Origin: Botryllus schlosseri
Lineage: Eukaryota
Assembly (NCBI GenBank): GCA_051294905.1
Contig: CM119371.1
Span: forward strand, 1,056,001-1,120,000
Direction: 5' to 3'
DNA length: 64,000 nt
Under the pieces are notes generated by a model, which searched no databases, was not told the origin of the DNA, and saw only the letters and a program-made list of their open reading frames with translations. The position numbers were made by a program, and so were the translations under genes. Below, piece by piece: positions 1-12,000 of the stretch. Positions within the stretch are counted from its first letter, which is position 1. Each line of letters begins with the position of its first letter.

Positions 1-3000
1 AGAATATGCATCGGATATATTCGATCTGCAGTGAGAAATAATGATAATATTGTGTATTACAATGATGCTTACCACTATTGTTGACCATTTCACCACAGGC
101 CATCATGTGTTACAATATACTTTGGATCACCAGTTTGGACGGTTTAGTCTGACCCGCCAGGCGATTCTGAAAAAAGGGCCGTATTATCCGGCACATTTCT
201 AATACATGTTGAAGTTTTTAGTATGAAACACTTCCATTCTCTCAAGAAAGAAAATGTCGAGCATTTTCGGTTCAGGTCAAATTATAACCATCCGACACAA
301 ACAAGTCACTGCCGTTTACACTAGTGTTACCGTAAGTCCTCTTTTCTGACTTTTTTGAAAGTGTTCTAGGTGTACGCGGGGTGTTCAAAAAAAATTTTTT
401 TCAAAAAATTTCATCAGCTTACCGGTAGTTGTCAAATCATCAGGTTACCTAAAAAAGTTGCACCCAAATTTGACTCAATTCCAACCAGTAGAAGCCATAG
501 GTCACTCAAATTGAAATTTCGGTCATTTTTGAAATAATAGTATTCATTGTGACCAATTGACTAAAAATCGTGTTCCAGGCAGGGATGTCTTTTCACTTGT
601 TTTGATCTTGATACGGACCTACGGTGGGGTTTGGATGAAGACATCGCCAGTAAACGAAAAAAATAGATGACACGGATTACCTGGAAATTGGTCCACTTCA
701 TTGAAATAGACATGTTAAAACGATGGTGAGATAATTTTCAAATAGAGTAGGCCTACTTTACATACCGAAATTAATGACCACAAAAAGAAAATGAACTGAC
801 AAGCAGGTAAAATACATGTAAATATATCTCTCAAGTTATCTATATTCTTGGACGGTTCAATGTAAATTTCTTCACGATACAATTTGATATTATAAGATAT
901 TTTATCATTTGCTCTGTACCACTCATACAGTACTATCACAGGTGAATTATAAGACTTATGGGCACCGTGACAGATCTTCTTCCTATCAAAAGTTATCGTG
1001 CTCTATTTATGTCATCCTTCACCTCCATATTCGGATACTATAATATAATTGTATCCATATATCATGGTAAAACACCAATGACTTTTATGACTCCATGACA
1101 AGGGGGTCTTGGTGATATTGAAAGACCAGAAAATGACCAATGTGCTTTATAAGCTCACTGGGTCACCATTTGGTTTCCCGAATCTCGCATATGTGAAGTA
1201 TCAGAAATGTTTTAAAACTCATAAATACTATTCAGTGGCATAGCCCATTCTGAATTGCAAGCAGTACTATTTTTAACGCCCTGGATCTGTCAATGTGAAA
1301 CAGCAGAGAAATATTCGAACACTGAGCTGCTGAGGAATGCAACTGATGTCTCTGTGGATGAGGTTTTGGGAGTGGCGACTTTGCAATCAGTAGAAACTTT
1401 GAATCAAGGCAGAGAGTATGCCCTGCATAACTGGGATAGATTTCATCAAATCTAAATTTGCTCGACAAAAAATACTCTTAGATATGACTATTACTTGAGA
1501 AATATATTTACCTGTATTTTACATGCTTGTCAGTTCATTTTATTTTCGTGGTCGTTAATTTTAGTGTGTTAAGTACTCTATTTGAAAATTATCTCACCAT
1601 CGTTACATGTCTATTTCAATGAAGTGAACCAATTTCCAGGTAATCCGTGTCATATATTTTTTTCGTTCACTGGCGATGTCGTCATTCAAACCCTACCCTG
1701 AGACCATGTCAAGATCAAAACAAGTGGAAAAGACCTCCCTGCTACTTTGGGCATACCTGAATCACGATTTTTGGTCATGTCGGTATGACGACATCGGTCA
1801 CCGCAAATACTATTACTTCAAAAATGACCGAAATTTCAATTTGAGTGACCTCGGCTTCTACTGGTTGGAATTGAGTCAAATTTGGCGTACAACATTTTTT
1901 TAGGTAACCTGACAATTTGACAACCAAGCCGATAAAATTTGAAAAAAATAAGTTTTTTTCAACACCCCTAAGGAGCACGCTCAAATGACCTCTTTTTGAG
2001 AATTTGTCCTCTTTTTTGAAAATTATGGTAAAATGAATGCGAAAATTCAACTATAATAATAGGTACTGATGTGACGTTCCGGCAGGTCTTTCGAGAGTTG
2101 AGCCAGAAAGGTGACCTTTTTTATTTAACTAACTACAAACATGGATTAAATTGAACAATTTTTCCGGATTTTACTCCGGTATTGTAAGTATGAATTTTTT
2201 TAAAGGTGTCCTTTTCAGATTCCCAAAATGTGGTAACCCTAATTGACACTAAATTCCGAGATTACGATTTTAAAAAAAAAGCAATCATTGCAATATGCCA
2301 AGGTATATCGTCGATAAAGCCTCTGTTTAGCAATTTATTTTTTGTGTATAACGAGGGCATTGATTTTGAAGCAATCTTTGGAATCGTTTTACTGGTACAG
2401 CCCGCGAGTGCTCTGAAGGTTCGAATTTGACCCGCAACACCAGTTGAATTTGACACCCCTGCTGTAGATGAGCAAATTACCAGGAATCACGAACTCCGCA
2501 ACTGCGGTGGATATCTCGGGCATGGAATATAAGTTTATTCATGTGGAGGGGACACTGTGCGGCAGAATTCTATGATAAATGTGCGATGGTGGGAGAAGAA
2601 CGTTCAATATATCCAATGAAACTAATACCGGATGATAATTACTACCTTCTTTTGCTGACAAGCTTTTAACGTCTTCCAGAATTCATCTGCTTCTCCAACG
2701 TAAAACATGGCATGGATATTGCCAAAAACGGAAATTGCTGTCCTGCGCTCCAAAATTCGGCTGTAATCCTGGTCAGGTATCAGGCCATTCACGGCAATAT
2801 CCAGGAGATCCAACTAAAATGCAAAAAAACAGTTTATCCCGGACTTAAATATAGCCGCCAAAGAGATGATTGGGTTCGAAGTCATATAAAATGATAGGTA
2901 AATATAAAGGCATTTAAAAATACTTTGGGAATAGAATCAGGATCGTACTTGATACTTTTTCCAGCAAGTCTCAATCAACGACCAATCGATGTTTTCTTCT

Positions 3001-6000
3001 TCTTCCGTGCAATTGAGCAGGATCTTGCTTATCTGAACACAATATTGATTTCATTAGGTAATATGACGTAATTGTATTGATGTTTTCTCATTTGAATAAT
3101 TATTCATATTGGTAAAGTTCAATACTGATTCGTTAGAATTCTTCGGTTCTCCATAATGCATTTGCTACATCGGTTTCAGTCTCATTCCAGAGTTTGATAT
3201 CTTTTAAAAATATACTTCTATCCATTGTACAAGCGTATCATATAGAAGGTGGTGGTCAAACCAGTCACCGTCGTTACTCAAGTTGAAGTGAAAGTAGCGA
3301 TATACGATTAAGTAAAATATAATTATTGTAGGCCTAGTTTCGCGTAAAAATGATAACTGTCTAATAGAAGTAGTCTGAAATCTTAGCTACTTGAGTACGT
3401 AGGACAAGTAGATAAATCTACCTGAAGTGCTACGACAAGTAGAAGTAATTCGTTACTGACCACCTCTAGATAAATGCTGTAAGGAACGCTGGATAGCGTA
3501 TGTAGCGATTTCGCTTATGTTTACGCAAAGGTTGAATTTTACCCGAGCAGTAAAACATATACAGCATACCCTATTTTTAATATTATCTACCTGCTTTCGA
3601 AACCCCGATTTTGAGCAGGCATTGTTGCTTTTCACCTCAAACTACGCCAATGCTTGAGCGCACATTGCGAGATGATCAGTAGCAATCTGCTTCTACTTCT
3701 TAAAAGTATGTGGTTGATGTAACGATTTCACTTATGCATGTACTGCACTCTAAAAATGATGTGGTCTCAAATTGAAGGGCAAAACGAAAACAAATATTTG
3801 GCTCCAGCCGTTTTCTTCAGAACGCCGCCGTAGTAAAACTGCAATTTAATGAAATTTCCGCAGGACCTTCACGCTTCAGCAATCATTCAGAGATCGAACT
3901 TTATATAGTTGTCAGCCAATGTTATGAAGGAAATATGTCGTACACGTCAGGATTGGTTTAGATACCACGTTCAACGGAAGATGCTCAGTCAAGACATTTA
4001 TGTCAAAATCTGGCCTAGTGTATTCTGTTTCTTCAGGACCGAAATAGATGATGCTCAACAATTTTCTTATGAATAAACAATATTTTATGCATAAGAATAA
4101 GACATGATTCTAGACTACTTTTACGCAAAATTGCTTACTTTTCACGGAATGGATTTTGAGAGATAGAAAGTGGTTTTGTGTTACGTTTGTATCACTCTGA
4201 TGTGTGAAACCGTCTCAAAAAATCGCAATTGACATCATCGTAACTGAATCTAATTTCCAAGATTATACAAATTTGCAGTAATAATCATTTTTAGTCACTC
4301 GCAGAGACATCTTGTGATTTACAAAGTAACCGCTAGCGATAAATCACCAAACACTTACGAGCGATCGACCAAAACTACTTTTGAAATTCACGTAGACCTA
4401 CTTACCTTACCTTTTACAACTTGTCACTTTCAACCTCCACTTGAAGTAGTTTTAGCACATCGTGGACACGTCTATTTCAACATATAATTGCATATAAAAT
4501 AAAACATTACTTCTACTCCTTCACGATTATCAAGGCTGACTACTTTCACCACATCTACGTACAATCGAGACTCGACTCGCAATACTAGAGATGCAAGTAG
4601 AGTAGAAATTGAGAATGGAAGTTTTTGTCGAACAGTGATGAGCGGCATTGAAATTTCAAAATACGAATCCTCTTCAAATCCAGAATTAATTTTGTCTTAA
4701 CTCCAAGTCCAAATCCGATAACGGCTGAAATTTGTCCAAAGGTATCATGGAAATTGAACAATATCAGGAAATATTTTACAATAATATTATAGGAAATGTA
4801 TCTAACACCTTCTCTAATTTACAATCAGATATCTTCCGCAAATCATCCTGCTTGACCAACAGTTGTTTTTGCCCATCGAATTTGAAGAATTCTGCATCAA
4901 AAAGTATTACAAGATATGCAACTTCTGCTAAGCGAATAACCCGGTCGAAGGATAGATTGGAATCCTGTGAAAATAAAATGTTGTCAGTTACGTCACGATC
5001 TACACCAACAAGAAACTCTCAGAGGCACGGTCATGCATGAGAGATTAATGTTACTACTGAAAACTAGTGCTGGTGAAGCGATGGCTATGATGCTTGTCTT
5101 TTGGAATATGCGATGTGAGAGAACCGCTAACCTTCGCATTTTGAACGATGTAACCTAACATTTTGAACGGACTTGATAATCAAAGAGAAATGCCAACAAT
5201 AAGTTTTATAAATTCAGGTGGCAAAAAAACTCTGCTTATAAAATCAGCACATTTTGGTAGCTTACTATTCTCAATAGAAACATCTCGTCTTCATGGCGCT
5301 CAAAATAAAGTCATAAACTACATCCTGGCGATACTACAACGCAAAGTCATTGCTTTACGAGCCTAGTGTTGTTTACAGCTTCGTACATAGTGAAGTCAGT
5401 TAAATTAGAGAAACTTTGTTCCAATCATTATTATGGACTCGTTATCTTGATATCAAACCTTGAGGGTGAAGTGCCCATCAACCATTGAACCACTTATCTT
5501 GATGACATCTTCTTCGTTCTTCAATTCAACACCCCGTCCATCTACAATCAGCTGGACAACCTGAATATTATTCAGATGTGAAACTCGAGATTGTGCATTG
5601 TATCGATCATCCAACAAATATCGTGACGTCATATCTTACATACCGTAACGACCGCAGCATCACAGATCATCATGTGCTATACTTCTTTGACACGGGTCAC
5701 AGATTTCACTGACGTTTTTGCCGGTGGTGGCATTTTGCTACTTTAGTGGCTCGATATCTCCAAAAATACTTGTTTATATGAGGTAAGAAGTATCATGGCG
5801 GAATCCGTAGAAAAAGTATAAGTATTGAGACGAAAATATTTTGGGCAATATTGTTGACATTTGTTCAAATCGTAAGCACCCGGAACCGTATTCCTGCATT
5901 GACACGAATTCATGAGCTAATTTCGTCTTTTTAATCGTAGCGCGATAATTGACAGTTTCCTGTTGTGAGCATGTAAATCAGAATTACTCCATGGACATCA

Positions 6001-9000
6001 TAGTGAGTCCTATATTACAAGGGAGATAAACCCTGCAGTAAAAAACGCTGTTATCATTGGGCTGGGCACAATGAGTCGAGTGCTCAAATCTGAATCGAAT
6101 AATAATTTTAATGATTCAGGCTGAGTAGTAAAAGTCGATTTTCTCAAGTACTGAAATTGTCCGTTCGTCGACACTGAAAGTTACTTTATTGACAAAAATT
6201 GTAGTTTTGACAGTATTTGTCACTTTTGAAGCCTTGAAATCACGATTGGTTGCATAGCAGCATATCAAACATATCGCACAAAGCTACAAACGTTACTGGA
6301 ATAACATATTTTCAAAGTCATGATCATCGCCCAAAATAGCCACTAACTGCAATGAAATTGGTATGTTCGAAAATATACCAAAGTATCTTTATTGTGATGC
6401 ATAACAGGCATTATAATATTTAAGGCGACATAAAAGGTACATATTTGAACTTCAACATATTAAATTCTGTTATGACGTCATAACGAGTAATACTCGGATA
6501 GTCGACTCGACTCTAAGCTTTATATGTGATTTAGAATCGAATCACTCGGACACTCGATTTTTCCCTGCTCTAGTTATAATCAGTGCACAATTTCGCTTGC
6601 AATGTCAAAATCATTGTGTTGGCCTGAAAATCAGATGCGCACTTTGTTGATTAGGAGTAGTAATTTTCTGTTGCGCACTAATTCATGTCGACAGGCACAC
6701 TTTTGAATTTTGACGATGCTGACATTGTTACTTTTTATTTACGCAGTGCATTTTGTAGGGGGACACGCCGTTTGCTTACGCAAATGTGACATAATTTTTT
6801 AAAATATTGCTGAACAATTCGATCACAGCCAGACTGGCTGGTATCGATCACACCAATATCGAATTTCATTACATTGCATTCATTTCATTCATGGTCAATG
6901 TAGTAGAAAGTTGATTTTTGTTGATGAGGTCGTGACATTAGCTCAGCGCTCTTATTGCTGCCACTACTTTACATAATCCCCCATTTCACTAAATTCGATT
7001 ACATAGCTCGATATTGATGACACAGTGCGGATATTAAAACATCATATCAGTGGGTAAAAACCCTACGGCTTCGGGATGAAAGCAGAGTGGGACTGTTAAA
7101 AAATTATTTAGAATTCACTGGCTATGTGATAAAATTGTTAGGTTGGTTGAAACAACGCTGTACACCTAATTTGGCTTCAAGTCCAATCAGTAGAAGCAAG
7201 ATTATTGCTGTAAAAAGTTTTGAATTTATGATTTAAAAAAAATCAAAGTTTTTCTTTCAACCCCATAAAATTGTTAGGCAATCAGGAGTGATGATGCATA
7301 CCAAATTTGGCTCAATTCCAACCGCTAGGAGCGAAGTTATTGCCGTAGTAAAATTTCCAATTCCATTATTTTATAGGAAATAATTACAGCTTTCAATACA
7401 ACATCCATTGTAGTACAATATTGAAACTCGAATACCTTTCGGCACACATTAAAGGGATTTTAATGGATTTAGAAGCAAAACCAAATCTGTTCAACTCCCT
7501 TCAGTGAGCCGTTTACTCTTGAAAGAGGCAACAAAAGTCTTCGAGTTTATTAAATATTCTACTACAATGAATTTTGTATGGAAAGCTATATTCAAGTTCT
7601 GTACCACGAATCAGCTATTTGAATAAATAATTAAAGAGTTAGCTACCGTAAAATTATTTTTTTCGAGTCCAAATTTTTTCTACCGCAATAACTTCGCTTC
7701 TAATGGGTGGAATTGAGCCACATTTGGTGTGGATCGTCTCTATTGACAGCCCAACAATTTTAAGTTGTTGACAGAAAAATTTCAAAACTTAATTTTTTAA
7801 TGATAAATTCAAAATATTCTACTACAAGAAAATCGCTTCAACTGGTTGCAATTGATCCAAAGTTGGCATGCAGCGTTGTTTTCGCCAACCTAACAATTTT
7901 ATAACATAGCCGAAGAAATCTGAAGGTTTTTTGAACAGCCCTGATGCAGTGAATGTATGCATAATGCGTTCTATCACAACTATGGCGTCACCAATCACGT
8001 GCGATTGTCACGTCACAAGTCTCCGCATACCCACATAAAATTATAGTGGCTTGTTAGTACACAACTAAGTCATAGAATCGATCTCACTTTCCAATCCAAT
8101 TTTCCAGATAGCGATTCAATCCGACGATGTCCGAGAAGTGAACGTAGTGCTGTTGCTGAGAACTTATTGCGACGCAAATCCACTTCCTTCACCTGGAATG
8201 ATGAATGAAATATGAATACAATGCCTGCCAATATCATGTCAAACTAACAGCGCTTTGCACAGACTTATTCTGGGCACATTTTGGAAGTTTAGTATGTTCA
8301 ACATCATTGCGATCCCCATAATAAAGGCAAACGACCCTGGGTTTAGAGCAACGGTCTTTTACTAATCCATTCGAACAGCTTCAATCAATTCTAGGAATAC
8401 ACCGTGCTCTATAATTGAGATTGCGATTTGATTTCAGTGAATGATGGCTAATTTTATTCACTCTCGATTTCATTTTTGCGAGCGAGGCGGCCACAGTAGG
8501 ATCAACTGTAAGTTGTAATTGAGCTGCATGTAATTATTTATCTTTTCTCATGCTATTTAAATTGTCAGTGAAGCATTTCTATTCTGTGTAATTGTAATTT
8601 GTTAAAAATTTTATTAATTACAAATTCAATTGCATTGTTATTGAAACCTGACAATCACAACATAAAATAATTAGCCCATTAACATGGGTGTTCTATGCGT
8701 ACCTCTTAAACTAATTCAGCCATACTCAACTGTTTCCCATAGGCCAACTTCAGCTCCAACAGAAAACTTTGTGAATTACAATATAGGCTATCGAACAAAA
8801 TCTTAACATTTCATAAATTGACGAAAAGCAAATAATCTCTTCTGTAACCTGTGCTTCCTACACCACGGTCAGTGTTTTTTTAATCTCTTTTAATCTCTTT
8901 AAAGGGGCACTGCGCTCAAAAAATGATGTGGTCTCAAATTGAAGAGTAGAACGAAAAAAAAATTTTGGCCGCAGCCGTTTTCTTCAGAACGCCACCGTAA

Positions 9001-12000
9001 TGGAGCTGCAATTTATTGAAATTTCCAGAGTTGCAGCAGTCGCGGCTCCGGATAATCTCTTAACCCGTAACATGGCACGATGACTTCATCGTCGCACTTG
9101 CTCGACGCGATTACGCAGAGGACGAACTTTAGATAGTTGTCAGTCGATGTTATGAATGACTCATGTCTTGCACACCAAGGCGGCGCTCAACGTACGGTGT
9201 TAGGTCAGGAGGATTTGTGTCTGGAGCTTGTCACGACTCTATAGTATTTGCCAGTTGAATGATACTGAGATGCCGTTACAGTTGTATATTGATGCAGATA
9301 CAGCTGTCATTTTCAAGATGTATTATTGACTGCACAGTGCACAACCTTTGGAGTAGTGGTCTTGCGGAAGAGACAGACACATGATATTTTGCATCATTTA
9401 CCCATGGCATAGCAACTGTCTTGATACGGTCTAGTTTACTTGTTCAAGACACAGATGTATAGATAATCAACACGAAAATTTCATTCTCATCAAAGTTCCA
9501 ATATTGTTGTGGAATTTTTTGTCGTAACATTGTTGTTCTCAGTTTCACAAACGAATCTTCTGTCTCCATCAGTTCATTCATGCAATTCCTTTGACACGTA
9601 GATATCGTAAAATTTGTTAAAATTATTAATGGTAGTGAAGAAGATCTTGTTGATGAATTAACTTCTGATGAAGATACAGATGTAGAAGATTTCGATGATA
9701 TCACGATATTTGGTGAGAGCCTGCCGTATCAATTCGAGCCACAATATTCAGAGGAGGAATTCGCCCGTCTTGTTGCAACTCAAGAAGCACAAACTCATGT
9801 CTCTGTAAGTATTGTACCTGTGTTTCTTGAATGCAATTTATCAATCTCATTGTATTGGTCAAAGGAATCGTCAGAAAACCAGAGTCAACTTCGGACACTT
9901 GACAACAATGAATGGTGCAGTTGCTTGAACTGTGCATCCATGACAAACCAGAATGAACGCGTCTGCTGCAGGGAAATACAACAAATAATGGAGCTTCTGG
10001 GGAATGGAGGGTCGACTTGCATAACAGAACATGACGATTTTCTCGTACATATACAATTATACATCCCTCCATTCTTGAAACGTTTTTCAAAGTGAACAGG
10101 AAAAATTGGAATAATAACAATCAACCACATGGTCCTGGCAGAAGGCTTTCTAACAAGTGGGTCCTAGAACATTTTGTTTGTGTTGTTTAGTATTGGACTT
10201 ATATGTATGCGACAGGGTCTTGGGACTTATGACATGGTTCCTGGATATAAACGGCAATCTCCTGCATTCTTTACATTTTCTCGCATGCTTTTATATAAAT
10301 GCCTACACTTTATAAATTGGGAGCATTATACTGTCATATATATGCTGCTATTACTTTTCAGCATTATTTTTATTGCTGCAATATACTTTGATATTTTCCA
10401 ATTGCAGAAAATATCGCTTGGTGTCTTATGGACACATACTGGAATGAATTATTGAAGGCGACGTTTTGGGTAGCAAAAACAGGATGCCCTTGCCAGCCTG
10501 CATCGTGACTGCTATAAGGAAAAAGTACCCTAGTGATGATGGACTGTATGTCGGTTTCAAATGGCCGATAGAAAACGAACTGTGATTGATAACACTGCGG
10601 CTATGCTATATAAGTCGAAATCAGTTCTGTTGCTGTATTATTACACAGTGAACTGGAACTGTTTGCATTCTATATTCCACGAATGCCTGCAGGGCCTGAT
10701 ACATCAAGACTACTTTGCTTACTCGTTATTTATTAAAATTTATTAAAATAAATAATAAAAAAGAAACATCAAAGGACTTTATAGCCAGGGTATTACAACG
10801 GGGCTGTCAGGCAGTGTGGAAGAATGAAATTGAGCTATTTAGCTATGCAGCAATGCACCACATTCCATTCAACTTGAAGATAGGGATTAGTAAGTCACGT
10901 TCTAGAACGACGTTTTGAAAGTAATTCCTCTTTAGAGGGGGCTGGTTCTGGTGCAATGCTGACTGGATGCACACTTCTTGAAATGTTACTGGGAAAGTTG
11001 ATGCCAGTGCAATTCTCAGTAGTTCGCCTCAAAAGCTCTCTCGCATAGTGGTTCGTCTTCTTAGTTCGCCTCAAAAGCTCTCTCGCATAGTGGTTCGTCT
11101 TCTTTTCATACATGTTTTTCAAGATCCACTCTTTTGCTGACCGAGAGTAACATTTTTTGTATCGTGGAGCACCTGCTTAAACAAATAAAAAGTAAGTAAC
11201 TAAGTACCTTGACTTGCAAACATTTCATCTGTACAGCAAACCTGCTCGTGTCACCGCCTGAAATCTACCAACATTCTCATTGTGGTCCAGGACAGCCAAT
11301 TTGGTTCGTGCAAGCATCGTGTCATAAGTAAAATGAAGACGTTTAGGTGCAAATTTCAATATGACGTTGTGATAAACTTCCAATGATCCTAAAAAAGTAA
11401 GGTGTGAATTGTAATGATCTGACCATGCTCCGAAAACTGGTGTGCAGATGTGATGAGTCAAAAAATTACCAGTATGTTTGAACAGAGTCATCTGCTCCAA
11501 ATCCCGGATCAAACTTTTGTTTTCTATCAAAGATTTCAATGCTTTGAAACTAGGAGATCCACATTGCAACCATCTAGTTCTTAGGCACTGATCCCCAGTC
11601 AAAGTGCCATGGCTGCAGGAATATGTCTCCCCGTCAACTGTCCACTCATGTTCGCCGGTGATGTGATGCAGAAGAGATAACCATCTTCTTTTTAGCACCT
11701 GCAATTGCATATTGTTATATAAAAAGTTCCTAATTTGTGATGTCAGACATAGTTGATATGTAGACTTACACTGCAATCTTGACCACAATACTACTGACAG
11801 CACCACCACAAGTGATTAGTGATGCTTCTTGTCCATAGTAGCAAGTCTTCCATACCTTTCTTCTTACCCAGAGACACCAACTTTTTTTTCAGTCCTGAGA
11901 AACGGTTAGTAAGGCAAAAGAAGATTCAAATAATAACAGTATTCAGTTACCTTTGCAGACATGCCACACATCAAACTGGTGATTGATTGATGGATATTTA

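Noticed and set aside
2478..2570. Possible alternative terminal NLR exon (NSAAQCPLH...DSW*)
   Set aside because: The acceptor is plausible, but the peptide is not LRR-like and an in-phase exon exists at 25. Unresolved, so not called.
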